Shown piece by piece: positions 40,063-53,555 of a DNA stretch of 64,000 bases (position 1 is the first letter of the stretch; every line of letters begins with the position of its first letter). The DNA comes from Mobula hypostoma (Eukaryota): assembly GCF_963921235.1 (NCBI RefSeq), contig NC_086107.1:113710001-113774000 (forward strand), given 5' to 3'. The notes below the pieces were generated by a model. That model was not told where the DNA came from. It ran no database searches and saw only the letters and a list, made by a program, of their open reading frames with translations. A program made the translations under genes and the position numbers.

Positions 40063-40928
40063 TGTTAGGAATGTCAAGAGTCTTTGAACCACATCTCTTT
40101 TTCTTTTTGGATAATGTTTTTGTTATGAATTCAGAAACACAAACCTTGTGTGTTTGCGAGGCTGGAGGGATGGATCCTATGGCTGCTGTTGGCATCCTCT
40201 GGCACGTGGGGACTCAGTTACCGTCTGCATTTGTGACCTTTGAACCCCCTGGGTTACCAGCAGGTCACAGGAAGGGATCCTGCCGGTGACCCGTGGAAGA
40301 CCTTTAAGGGCCATGGTACGCTGCGGGGGATCTTTCCAGGGTTCACCGAACTGTTTTGGAGGGAGGTAAACAGTGAGGTCAGGAAGCACACCCGTGGCTG
40401 AGGGTTAGGGTGACTCACTCACACCGAACAGGAAAGGCAGCAGGAATTAGGTTTAGTATGTTGTGAAATCTGCGTCTTTGCGGGAGCAGTGTTTTGCAGA
40501 ACGTATTAATAAAAACTACAAATTCTAGTAAGCACACAGTCCTGCACAAACGTCTTAGGCACACACACACACGTGTAGCCAGAGTGTCTAAGACTTTTGC
40601 ACAGGACTGAACATTGTGGGTTACGGTATGGTCCCTGAGCCATAGCTGGGGCATGATAGAGAAGGCAGCCCAGGACAGACCAGAGATGGAGAACCTTCAT
40701 TGCTGATGAAACATTAGCAGCATAATGGGCAGTCAGGAAGTAGACAGGTGGGTTGACAATCAATCGATGTACAGAAGCTGTCTTGTGTATTTATATTCAT
40801 TGTCTTTTTTCATTATTATTGTGTTCTTTATCTTTTGTGGTTTCTTTCTGAGTTGCATCCGTTCTGGAGTAATAATTTATATATCAGAATCAGAATCAGG
40901 TTTAATGTCACTGGTATATGTCATGTGG

Positions 40929-41905
40929 ATAGAAACATAGAAAATAGGTGCAGGAGTAGGCCATTCGGCCCTTCGAGCCTGCACCGCCATTCAGTATGAT
41001 CATGGCTGATCATCCAACTCAGAACCCTGTACCAGCCTTCCCTCCATATCCCCTGATCCCTTTAGCCACAAGGGCCATATCTAACTCCCTCTTAAATATA
41101 GCCAATGAACTGGCCTCAACTGTTTCCTGTGGCAGAGAATTCCACAGATTCACCACTCTCTGTGTGAAGAAGTTTTTCCTCATCTCGGTCCTAAAAGGCT
41201 TCCCCTTTATCCTCAAACTGTGACCCTTCGTTCTGGACTTCCCCAACATCGGGAACAATCCTCCTGCATCTAGCCTGTCCAATCCCTTTAGAATTTTATA
41301 CGTTTCAATAAGATCCCCCCTCAATCTTCTAAATTCCAGCGAGTATAAGCCTAGTCAATCCAGTCTTTCTTCATATGAAAGTCCTGCCATCCCAGGAATC
41401 AATCTGGTGAACCTTCTTTGTACTCCCTCTATGGCAAGAATATCTTTTCTCAGATTAGGGGACCAAAACTGCACACAATACTCCAGGTGTGGTCTCACCA
41501 AGGCCTTGTACAACTACAGTAGTACCTCCCTGCTCCTGCACTCGAATCCTCTTGCTATGAATGCCAGCATACCATTCGCCTTTTTCACCGCCTGCTGTAC
41601 CTGCATGCCCACTTTCAATGACTGGTGTATAATGACACCCAGGTCTCGTTGCACCTCCCCTTTTCCTAATCGGCCACCATTCAGATAATAATCTGTTTTC
41701 CTGTTCTTGCCACCAAAGTGGATAACCTCACATTTATCCACATTAAATTGCATCTGCCATGAATTTGCCCACTCACCCAACCTATCCAAGTCACCCTGCA
41801 TCCTCTTAGCATCCTCCTCACAGCTAACACTGCCGCCCAGCTTCGTGTCATCCGCAAACTTGGAGATGCTGCATTTAATTCCCTCATCCAAGTCATTAAT
41901 ATATA
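40929..41905 (-). mobile_element. Young CR1-clade LINE 3' fragment
   Basis: SKFADDTKLGG, WQMQFNVDKC and RGDLIETYKIL...FFTQRVVNLWNSLP motifs, one premature TAG near 41514, and a (TTCTATGT)-type tail. Confidence 0.9.
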
Positions 41906-42834
41906 TAGTATATTGTATTTTGTATTTATTGCAGATTGTATTTTATGTTGTATCTAAAAGCCAGAGGCTTTTCTCCAGGGCTGAAGTGGCTAACACAGGG
42001 GGCATAGCTTTAAGGTGCTTGGAAGGAGGTTCGAGGGGATGTCAGGGGTAAGTTTTTCACACAGAGAGTGGTGGGTGCGTGGAATGCACTGCTGGTGACA
42101 GTGATGGAGGTGGATTCAACAGCGGTAGGTTTCCGCTTCTAGAGTAGGTTACATGGTCAGCACAACATTGTGGGCTGAAGGGCCTGTAATATGCTGTAGA
42201 CCTCTGTGTTCTGTTGCATATGTCGTGAAATTTGTTGTTTTTGCAGCGGCAGTACAAGGCAATACATATTAATCTGGAAAAAACATGAATTACAGTGTAT
42301 ATGTATATTAAGTGGTTAAATTAGTAGTGCAAAAATGTAGTGAAGTAGTGTCCATGGGTTCAACGTCCATTCAGAAATCAGATGGCAGAGGGGAAGAAGC
42401 TGTTCCTGAATTGTTGAGAGTGTGTCTCCAGGCTTCTGTACCTCTTTCCTGATGGTAGCAATGAGAAGAAGGCATGTCCTGGGTGATGGGGGTCCTTAAT
42501 AACGGACGCCGCCTTTCTGAGGCACCGCTCCTTGAAGATGTCCTGGATGCTATGGAGGCCAGTGCCCACGATGAAGCTGACTAAGTTTACGACTCTCTGC
42601 AGCTTATTTCAATCCCCCTATCCCATACCACAGGTCAGTTTAATTTGTCACAAGTACATCCAGACATCAAAACATACAGTAAAATCAGAATCAAAATCAG
42701 GTTTAATATCATTGGCATGTGCCATGAAATTTGTGTCTTAGTGGCAGCAGTACAATGCAATACATAATAATAGAGAAAAACTGAATTACTGTAGATATAT
42801 ATACAAACGTTCGTATATAATAAATAAACATATA

Positions 42835-44523
42835 TAGTAGATGCACCTTTGGCAGCAGTTACAGCCTTGAGTCTGTGTGGATGGGTCTCTATCAGTTTTG
42901 CATATTTGGACACTGCAATTTTTCCTCCATTCTTCTTTACAAAACTGCTCAATCTCTGTCAGATTGCATGGGGATCACGAGTGAACAGCGCTTTTCAAGT
43001 TCAGCCACAAATTCTTGATTGGATTGCAGTCTGTACTCTGACTTGGCCACTCCAGGACATTAACTTTGTTGTTTTTAAGCCATTCCTGTGTAGCTTTGGC
43101 TTTATGCTTTATGTCTTGCTGGAAAACAAATCTCCCAAGTCACACACATCAAAGTTGCTGGTGAACGCAGCAGGCCAGGCAGCATCTCAAGGAAGCGGTA
43201 CAGTCGACGTTTCGGGCCGAGACCTTTCGTCAGGACTAACTGAAGGAAGAGCGAGTAAGGGATTTGAAAGTGGGAGGGGGAGAGGGAGATCCAAAATGAT
43301 AGGAGAAGACAGGAGGGGGAGGGATGGAGCCAAGAGCTGGACAGGTGATTGGCAAAAGGGATATGAGAGGATCATGGGACAGGAGGCCCAGGGAGAAGGA
43401 AAAGGGGGAGGATGGGCAAGGGGTATAGTCAGAGGGACAGAGGGAGAAAAAGGAGAGTGAGTCGCAGTTCTCATGCAGACTGCATCAGGTTTTCCTCCAG
43501 GATTTCCCTGTATTTGCTGCACTCATTTTACCCTCTACCTTCACAAGCCTTCCAGGGCCTGCCGCAATGAAGCATCCACACAGCATGATGCAGCCACCAC
43601 AATGCTTCATGGTAAGGGATGGTGTGTCTTTGATGATGTGTAGTGTATGCTTATGCCAAAGTTAGCATTTAATCTGAAGGCAAAAAAGCTCAATTTTGGT
43701 TTCATCAGACCATAGAACCTTTTTCCAGCTGACTTCAGAGTATCCCATATGACTTCCGGCGAACTCTAGCTGAGACTTCATGTGAGATTTTTTGAACAGA
43801 GGCTTTCTCTTTGCCGCTCTCCCATAAAGCTGCGACTGGTGAAACACTCGGGCAACAGTTGTATGCGCAGCCTCTCCCATCTCAGCCACTGAAGCTTGTA
43901 ACTCCTCCAGAGTTGTCATAGGTCTCTTGGTGGCCTCCCTCACTAGTCCCCTTCTTGCACAATCACTCAGTTTTTGAGGACGGCCTGCTCTGGGCAGATC
44001 TACAGCCGTGCCATATTCTTTCCATTTCTTGATGATCGACTTAACTGTACTCCAAGGGATATTCAGTGACCTGGAAATGTTCTTGTATCCATCTCCTGAC
44101 TTGTGCCTTTCAATAAGTTTTTTGCAGAGTTGTCTGGAGTGTTCTTTTGTCTTCATGGTGTAGTTTTTGCCAGGATACTGACTCACCAGCAGTTGGACCT
44201 TCCAGATATATATATATATACCATACCAATCAATTGAAACACCTTAACTGCATACAGATCTCCATTTAACCAATTACGTGACTTCCAAAACCAATTGGCT
44301 GCATCAGTGATGATTTGATGTGTCATATTAAAGAGGATGAATACTTGGACTGAATTATTTGTATCTTATATTTGTAATTAATTTAGATAACTTTGTAGAA
44401 ATCTGTTTGAGTCATTTCCTGTTGTTGAGCATCAAAAAGCAAATTAAATCCACTGTGATTCAATATTGTAAACAACAAAACATGAAAATTTCCAAGGGGT
44501 CTGAATACCTTTTATAGGCACTG
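42835..44523 (-). mobile_element. Tc1 DNA transposon, defective, interrupted by a Penelope pLTR (43141-43457)
   Basis: TA|CAGTGCCTATAAAAGGTATTCAGACCCCTTGG TIR at 44523; transposase HTH, GRPQK and WSDETKIE motifs; premature stop at 43662; C-terminus LKAVTAAKGAST near 42840; the other TIR was not found. Confidence 0.9.
43141..43457 (-). mobile_element. Penelope-like pLTR fragment with hammerhead motif (43202-43237)
   Basis: Near-identical to 4400-4715. Confidence 0.85.
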
Positions 44524-45835
44524 TATACTGTATATACTTCCTGTAATTCACAGATTATTAAGTATCGCATTGCACTGCTGCTGCAAAAAATTAAATTTCA
44601 CAACATATGCAGATGATATTTAACCTGATTCTGATTCTGGTCCAAATTCAATGTTCAAAAGACATTTAAATAGCTACACAGCACTGAGAGGTTCAAAGGG
44701 ACATAGGCCAAATGCAGGAAAATGGAATTAGATCAATGGCTGGCATGGACTAGATGGACCAAATGGCCTGTTTCTGTGCTGTATAAATATGAGTCTATGT
44801 ATAAATCCATAGTTTAGAAACTAGCCATTCAGTCCATCATGTCTTCACAAACCACTGGGCTGCCATCCATATTAATTCCATCTTCCGACACTTGGCCCAG
44901 AGTCTACGTCTGCTCATCCAGATAATGATGTTGTTGACTCTGTCTCCACCGCCCTCTCCAGCAGTGGATTAACAATCAAGTTTAATATCATCACCATATG
45001 CCATGAAATTTGTTGTATTTGCGGCAACAATAGAACGCAATGCACAATAATGGGAAAAATGTGAATTCCAGTTAGTTTCTGTCGTGTCTATAATCAAATA
45101 AACAGTGCAAAAATAGAAATACAAAAGTAGTGAGGTAGTGTTCATCTGGTTCAATGTCCATTCAGAAATCGGATGGCAGAGCGGAAGAAGCTGTTCCTGA
45201 ATCATCGCGTGTGTGCCTTCGGGCTCCTGCACCTCCTCCCTGATGGTAGCAATGATGATCTGCTTGATGGGAGTCCTTAATGATATATGCCTTCTTTCCG
45301 AGGCATCGCTCCTTGAAGATGTCTTCGGTACCGCGGAGGCCAGCGGCCACGAGGGAGCTGACTAACCACCACCATGGCGCTCACCACTGTCTGGTGAGAA
45401 AAACATTCCCTCTGATTGTTTTCCCACCCTTAATCCCAGTCTATGCCCTCTAGTTTATCTACCCTTGAATATGGAACACTTCCACTAATGGGCCGTTTCT
45501 GTTTGCCATCCAATTCCATATTAAGCACCAGATAAGGCACCTTGAACAGATGCTAATGCACTAACACTCTGCAAGCAACTATAAGGCAGGTATGCCAATG
45601 TACCAGGTGCATACCACACACTGAGAATATGATCGAAGTTATATGGGAAACCAGAGATCATGGCAAGAGGTCACCTGAAGGGGAATTTGGAAGGATTAAT
45701 GTTGCGTCACACAGCACAAAGCACATATAACACATAGAAGATATCAGTAAAATACAGCCACACCAAGAAAAGACCAAGGCCCTGAGTCTGTGATTGTTGC
45801 AGCAGCCTGCTGAGGAACACAATAGTACAGCTTTG

Positions 45836-46680
45836 GATAGATAGATAGATAGATATACTTTATTAATCCCGAGGGAAATTTGGTTTCGTTGCAGCTGCGC
45901 CAACCAAGAATAGAGCATAAATATAGCGATACAAAACCCCCCAACAATCAAACATCAAAATGCAAACTATGCCAGATGGAAAATAAGTCCAGGACCAGTC
46001 TATTGGCGCAGGGTGTCTGACCCTCCATGGGAGGAGCTGCACGTTCGATGGCCACAGGCAGGAACGCCCTCCCGTGCCACCCAGTGTTGTATCACGGTGG
46101 AATGTGGCCGAAGTCCAACAGTAAAAAGTTCAACATCCAGTCTGCAAACACATTCCTCGATCGTAATATGACCCGGATTGCACCATCTGTTGTTAACCAG
46201 AACAGTGAGCACCCAACTCCTTTACGCTTACCGCTCTCAGTGCACTTCCGGTCAGGCGGAACGGTGTTACTCACCGAACTCCTCTTCTCCAAAAGTCTCT
46301 GTTGTCTCGACCTGGTCCTCTTTCCTCGGCTTTGTGATCCCCCTCTGCATCCTCTGTGTGTTTTCCTCCGGATTTCAGCAGGGGTGTCCGCCGCGCTGTT
46401 CGCTAAGCCAGCCGGTATTTGCTGTTCTGTGGAATACACAATGCGACCTTGCTTCTGTCCCGTGTGTCGGGATGTAATCATTTGCAGCACTAAAAAAAAC
46501 CCAAATGAAACTCTCTCTACCAGCATGTTAGAGAGGGTGCAGCTTTGACGTGTTACCATGAGGAAAAAAAATACAAAAAATAACGTAAATTAAAAAGTAA
46601 GAAGAAGAAAGTAAGAATAGATCGGAACGGCTGTACCAGGCTGTATGCACGACCAGCGCATGCGCACTGAAAAAAAACTT
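45836..46680 (-). mobile_element. Internally deleted Rex1/L2-type LINE derivative (5' UTR, N-terminal remnant, 3' tail)
   Basis: PAEIRRKTHRGCRGG and VNNRWCN endonuclease remnants joined to an AATAAA plus (TCTA)n tail. Confidence 0.6.
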
Positions 46681-48108
46681 GTGCTGAGTGGACACTGGCG
46701 GGCAGCACCAACACTGTGACACCACACTGCCCCTAATGGTGCGCAACGACTCTGACACCTCTCTCCTGGGCGGCTGCAAACAGGCAACACCACGGCTCGA
46801 GGCCTAGTTCCCAATATGACCGAGGCCACGCGGCTCCCCCTGCCACCTGTTAATATAATCAGTGAATAGGACTTCCAACATTCCAACACGTCCAACAGGG
46901 CCTGGGGATCACAAGAAAAGCAACTGATGCGATCACTTGCTGTTAGACTACACACCGACACGTCTGGTGCCTCTCTGACGCCGGCAGCGGCAGCACGGTC
47001 CGCACCAAGTCCATCTCCTTCGGTTTCTTTGCCTGTGAGCAACTCGCTGATGGGGTAGACCTGCAGTGCTTTAAGTTCCCAATGTTCAGCAGGGTCTCGG
47101 GATCTTTAAAAAATATGTTTAAAAGAGGACAATAATACCTTGGGTTGGCCCCGTAGACACCGCTGCAATCAAACGTACCGCCATCTTACCAGAAGGACTA
47201 GTGAATTAGTGGGTTGTGGGCATGCTATGTTGGCACCTGAGGTGTGGCGACATTTGCGGGCTGCCCCCCCACCCCCCGGCACAACCCTCGTTTCAGACGA
47301 TGCATTTCCCTGTGTGTTTCAATGTTTTGATGCACATGTGACAAGTAAAGCTAAAGGAACTGGTTGGCTGTCACAGGGCCGGTGAGATGCGAGTGGGAAC
47401 AGTTTTGCGACCCGGAGGCTTCCGCCTTGGGCAGTGTTAAACACGTTTAGAACACACAGCAGTACAGCTCAGGAACTGGCCCTTCGGCCCACAATGCCTG
47501 TGCTGAACAAAACCCCAATTAAACTACTGCCAGGTGCAAGTTCAAGTTTGTTGTCAATCAGCTGTCCACGTGTACACCACCAAACAAGGAAACGTTGCTT
47601 CCCCGCACCGAGGTGATCAACGCTCCAGATAGCCAACTCCTGCTCCTATTTCTTGTGCTCCTGTGTTCTTACCCCTACCTCTGATGTCTGTTGGTAGTAG
47701 TGTCAATGAAGACTAGTGAAATGGGCAGTTAAAAAAAGTGTAAAACATTGACGTTCTTTAACCAGGAACTCAGGAGGGGCTTCAACACCAAGGGAGGGGT
47801 GAGTGACTGGGACTCGGCCTCAGTTGGTACCTGAAATGGGGTATTTAAGTGCATAGGCAGGGGTTAGAAGCAGGCTTGTGGGGAGCATGAAACTTAGCCC
47901 AGATCTATTGGGCTGAAGGGAGTCTTGATCCAAAACGTCAACCATCCATTTCCCTCCACAGATGCTGCCTGACCTGCTGAGTTCCTCCAGAGGTTTGTTT
48001 ATAAGTGTTGGGGTGAGTGGCCAGTTCCCCTGCTGTAGGCAGGGAGCAGCAAAGAGATACAGCACAGAAACAGCCCCTTCGGCCCATCGAGTCTATGTTG
48101 ACCATCAA

Positions 48109-48771
48109 CCGTTAGTCCCGCGAGACCATGGATCTGCGCCTGGAAAGTCTTGCTTCAGTCTGTGTTAGAGCAGCGTCTGTTGTGGCTGTAGAGGCCCACA
48201 CGGGAGTGATAGTCTCGGCTGCAGCGACTGCACTTGAAGGTGCTGTCCTCCAGTGTTGTCTTGGTGCTGTTTTTCTGACGAGTGAGCTTTTCTTCAGCAG
48301 CAAGCCTCAGCTTCTCTTCTCCTCTTTCTCGACTTCTGCGTAGTTCCAGCCTCCAGTGAGAGCGATCGCTTGTGATGTCCTCCCACCTCTCGACGTTCCT
48401 GTTCAGTGAATTCATGTCTCTCTTGCAGACATCTTTGAAACAAGGATGGGGCCGCCCTTGTGCTCTCTTGCCGGAGGCCAGTTCCCCGTACAGCAGGTCT
48501 TTTGGGAACCTCCCATCTGACATGCGGTGTACGTGGCCCAGCCAGCGGAGACGGCGTTGTTGGAGCAGGGTGAAGAGGCTGGGTATCTGGGCGCGGGCCA
48601 GGATCTCATTGTTGGTGACTCGGTCAGCCCACTTGATGTCCAGGATGTGTCTCAGGCTGCGAAGGTGGAAGGCGTTGAGACGCCGCTCTTGTCTGGAGTA
48701 GAGGCTCCAGGTCTCGCTGCCGTAAAGCAGTGTGCTGAGGACGCAGGCCCTGTAGACTGCAGCCTTGGTGG
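48109..48771 (-). mobile_element. RTE-clade (BovB-like) LINE 3' fragment
   Basis: RLRWLGHV, GRFPKDLLYGEL..GKR.QGRP...KD..KRDM motifs and a terminal C..C...H...C finger (CSRCSRDYHSRVGLYSHNRRC). Confidence 0.9.
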
Positions 48772-49571
48772 TACATTAATCCTACCCTAATCCCATTTTT
48801 CCATATTCTCCTGACATTGCACCCACCCCAAAACTCACCTCTGATTCTCCACCTCAGCTACACACCGGGGGTAACCTACAGCAGCCAGTCAACCTACCAA
48901 CCCACACGACTTTGCAATGTGGGTGGAAACTGGAGCCCTCGGAGGAAACCCACCTTTCACCCATAACCTATGAACTGTAGCTCTAGTCTCACCCAACCTC
49001 AGTGGAAAAAGTCCATTTGCATTCACTATCTATAACTCTCATAATTTTGTATACCTCTATCAAAATCTCCTCTCATTCCCCTACACTCCAGGGAGCTACA
49101 GCCTTTCCCTGTAATTCAGTTCCTCAAGTCCTGGTAACATTCATGCAAGTTTTCTCTGTGCTCTTTCAATCTTGTTGATGTTTTTCCTGTAGCTAGGGAA
49201 ACCGAACTGCACGCAATACTCCAGGTTTGACCTCGCCAGCATCTTATACAATCTCAACATAACATTCCTTCTCCTGTACTCAGTAATGTGATTTATGAAG
49301 GCCAATGTGCCAAAGTCTTTCTTTATCGCCCTATCCACCTTTGAGGAATTATTTCTCTGAATTCCCTGATCCCTCTTTTCTACCATAGTCCTTAATGCCC
49401 TGCCATTCACTATGTAAGACCTACCCTAGCTGAACCTCCCAAAGTGCAACACCTCACACTTATCTACATTAATTTCCACCTCCCATTTTTTCAGCCTATT
49501 TCTCCAGCTTGTCCAGATCCCGCTGCAAGCTTTGATAGCCTCCCTTGTTGCCACGGTTCTGACAAGCCACA

Positions 49572-50193
49572 TCGGCGGGAGGAGAGAGAGCAGCGCGCCG
49601 TGCGTGCGCAGCCCTCCGGTGAAAAATGATATCGTATCCGTTAAATAGGGGCCGTGGACAATTCTGATTTGATGGAGACGGACGTGAAAGCACAGAAGAA
49701 CGTCTGGAAAAATTTCTGAAACGCTCGTTCGCTGCTGTCGTTACTGTGCGGTCGGGAATCTTTCGGAGGGAAGACCTCAAAGTCCCCGGCCTTGCCTGCT
49801 GTTGGCGACCGAGAAGGAGGTCGAATCATTCGGATAGTGATGGCGCTCAATACTCGGTGTCGGAGAGCTGATCAGAGCTCGAAGTTTTCGGATGACTCAG
49901 AGTCGGACCATGGTCGGGTGTGGCAGGGAGAGTTTTTCTTCCTTCTCCCGTCTGCGTGAGATGTGGGACATTTGAGAGACTTTGAACTTTACTGTGCTCA
50001 TGGACTTCTTCATCAAGTTATGGTATTGTTGCACTGTTGTAATTATATGTTATAATTATGTGGTTTTGTCAGCTTTTTCAGTCTTGGTCTGTCCTGTGTT
50101 TTGTGATATCACACTGGAGGAAATATTGTATCATTTCTTAACGCATGCATTACTAAGTGACAATAAAAGAGGACTGTGTGTCTTCATAATCTA
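49572..50193 (+). mobile_element. Same non-autonomous family, diverged subfamily copy
   Basis: Shared body and the 3' end gacaataaaagaggactgtgtgtcttcataatct. Confidence 0.7.
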
Positions 50194-50438
50194 AGCCTCA
50201 TAAATGGCATTTGCACTGTGCCTAACCACACAGCCTAGGTTTAGAGAGTGTAGAGCAGCAAACTGAGCACGCATTCTTGACGTATGCCTATGTTGATTGC
50301 CAATGAGGAGGAGGAGGTGTTATCTCCAATCTACACTAAATGGTCTCCCATTGAGGAAGTGAAGCGTCCTTTTGCAGAGGAACAAATGCTATTTCAATGG
50401 TTCAATTGAATGTCAGAGAATGTATACAATGTACAGTC

Positions 50439-50590
50439 TTCTTCTTCTTCATGTGCCTTGCGTGTTACACGCTTGGGCGATCATGGCTTTCCACATCGAT
50501 TGATCCCTCGCAGCTTCAATGATATCTCGCACACTTAGATCTGTTAGCTCTTTCGCAGTGTCCATATATTTTCTTCTTTGCCTTCCTCGT
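50439..50590 (-). mobile_element. Short RTE-type LINE 3' end with (GAA)n tail
   Basis: The minus strand encodes RGRQRRKYMD...AARDQSMWKAMIA. Confidence 0.6.
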
Positions 50591-53555
50591 ATACAGTACA
50601 CAACCTGAAGTTCTTACTCTTCACAGACATCCACAAAACAGAAGAAAACCCCAAAGAACGATTGACAGAAAACCCCTCTCCCATGCACAAGCAACAGAGA
50701 ATGCATCAACCGTCCACCTCCCCTTCCCCACACTTGCTCCAGCAAAAGAATCAACACCCCCCTCAGCCACCCTGCAAGCAATAGCAAAGCCCCCCCCAGA
50801 GTCCATCAAAAACCCCCTGTCCATCCCAACCCTTTGACGTCTCAGACAGGCTCTCCTTCACTGGTGAGGGAGAGAGAGAGATCCTCCTGCCACAGCGAGA
50901 GCTGAGACCAACAGCTCACTGTTTCGATGTCACAATCTGCAGCATCGCTTATTCGAATTGAACATCCCTATAAATGATCCGGATTTAATAGTAAGCCTAA
51001 AACCTTGGGTATTAGCGAATGCAGAACAGTGCGACACAAGAACCAGCTCTTCAGCTCATAATGACTCTGCCTAACTCAATGTCAAATGAAACTAAATCTG
51101 TTCTACCTGAACATGATCCATCTCACTCTATTCCCTGCAGATTCATCTCTCTCTTTTGCTTCCTCTGTCTCTTCCTCTATCTTCCTCTCTCTTTCGACAC
51201 ATCTCTTTTAAACTTTCCCCCTCTCACCTTAAGTGCATATGCTTAAGTATTTGACATTTTTACCATGGGAAGAAGATTGTGACTGCCTACCCTCTCACAA
51301 TTAGTTAAACTATTTATTGAGATGCAGCACAGAATCGGCCCTTCCTGTCCTTTGAACTGCGCTGCAGAACAACCCGGGCCTGATCACGGGACAATTTACG
51401 ATGACCCACTAACCCACTATCTGGAAGGTCTTTGGACAGTGGGAGGAAGTCAGAGAGTCCAGAGGAAACCCACACATCCCACAGGGAGGGCAAACAGATT
51501 ATTTCAGATGACATCAGAATTGAACTCTGAACTCCAATGCCCCGAACCATTAAGGTGTTGTGCTAACTGCTACACTATTAAAATTCCCCTGAGGAAACGG
51601 GGTGTAATTCAGAGTGTGTGAGCCTACATCACTCTCAGGTGTACAGCTCCCTCCCCCTGCTTTACCTTACTGTTATTACGACCTGCATTCCCGGGGACAG
51701 ACTGACATCATTTCTAATCTGCAATTAACTATGACTCTGACAGTTCTACACCACCCACTCTGTTCTCTGGATGTGGGACGCACTCACATCTCCAGTGAGT
51801 TCTGGGAGTGGTTAGCATACACCTCCAGCTTCTCCTGAATACCTGCCTTGCATAGTTCAGCTCAGCGTCAGTCAGACAGCAGCTCACCGGCCGTTCGCAG
51901 GCTGCCTGCCCAGTCACGCTTGTCAGCTACAGCATAAAGGAAAAGCAGTTTGCCTTTGGTGATCTGAGGAGCTGCTCAAACCCGGCTCCATACAGCAGGT
52001 AAGCTGGGAAAAGCTGGTTGACTGCTCACCAAGATGGGACTCGGAGAAGTCGACTGTTTACTCTTCTCCATAGATGCTGCCTGACCTGCTGAGTTCCTCC
52101 AGCATTTTTTTTGTATGTGATACTAAGGCTGTGTGTTTCCTGTGAGTCAAGCCAATGATTGTTGCCTGGTAAATTGCAAAATGTGTACGACTTTGTTCCA
52201 GCCACGGGGCTTGGAACGCTGAGAGTCCAAAGAGAGGTTTTTCAGGCTGTCATCTCTAAGCCTTGTGCTGGGGGGAGGGGGTCAGTCAATACTCACTGGG
52301 TGGAAGTGACTAACGGAAACAGACGAGATTCCACAGAGGCTGAAGATCCAGAGCAACACACACAAAATGCCGGAGGGACTCAGCAGGTCAGGCAGCATCT
52401 ATGGAGAGGAATAGACAGTCGACGCTCCAGACTGAGACCCTCCACCAGGATAGTGAAATCCAAATTAGCTCTCACAGAAAGTGACATTAAAAAAACAGCT
52501 TACGTACAGGAAATGATACTCATACTAATTAAAGTCACATAGTGGTTAACGTGATACAATTACAGCCCAGGGCGTCGAAGTTCGGAGGTCAGTTCTGGTG
52601 TCCTCTGTGAGAAGTTTGTACAATCCTTCCCGTGACCATGTGGGTTTCCTCCAGGTGCTCTAGTTTCCTCCTGCAGTCCAAAGACGTACTGGTTGGCCGA
52701 TGAATTGGTCATTTAAAATTGCCCCGTGATTAGGCTGGAGTTAAATTGGTGGGTCGTTCGCGCAGCTCAAAGGGCTGGAAGAGCCTGTTCCACGCTTCCT
52801 CTCTAGAAAAAACTGTACACAAAATGAACTGTGCTTTTGGATGCCAGAACAGGGTCTGTGAATGTGGATGTTTCATTTCTACTGACTTCAGAATCGTGGG
52901 GTTTGAAGGCTGATGCACAGTTGACTAAAGTTTCTTTGTCACTGGATGTAAGGTATTCTTCTGCATCCCTGTTAAACCCAGAAATTCTCCAGAACTGAGC
53001 TGGGCAAAGGTAAAAGGCACAGAGACTTATACCAAAATCTAAAGCAGCAAGGGAGAAGAGGCAGGAGGGGGGAACGAGGGCCTGTCAGTCAGCGAACCCA
53101 GAGTTCGGGGTCCCGTCATCAGCTAGCCTGGGGGCCAGTACCAAAGACTGAAGCACAAAGGTCATTCAGAAGTCTAGAAATCAGAGCTTAATGGCCTAAG
53201 ACTGGAGACTGAAGGCCCGGAAGCCTGTCCTGGAGTTGGAGGCCCATCGGTGTTTGTGGGAGGGAGGGAGGAACGGGGCCTTGTTTTGCTGTTGCTGTTT
53301 TGTTGCTTGTTGTGCCCTGTGTTGTCCTGCCGAGCATTGTGGGAATGCTACACTGGCACTGGAATGTGAGACAACACTCGCGGGCTGCCCGCAGCACATC
53401 TATAGCTATGTCGGCTGTGAATGCAAACAGATTTCACTGTGCGTTTCCACGTACGTGTAATAAATAAATAAATCTGAAACCTGATTGTAAAGCTGAGGAG
53501 CTGCCATGTGAGGAGAAGAACAAGGAGCATTTTCCCAGGGTAGAGGAGTCTAAAC

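Noticed and set aside
43662..44186. Active Tc1 transposase
   Set aside because: It has a premature stop after the first catalytic Asp, an insertion in the catalytic region and a missing TIR.
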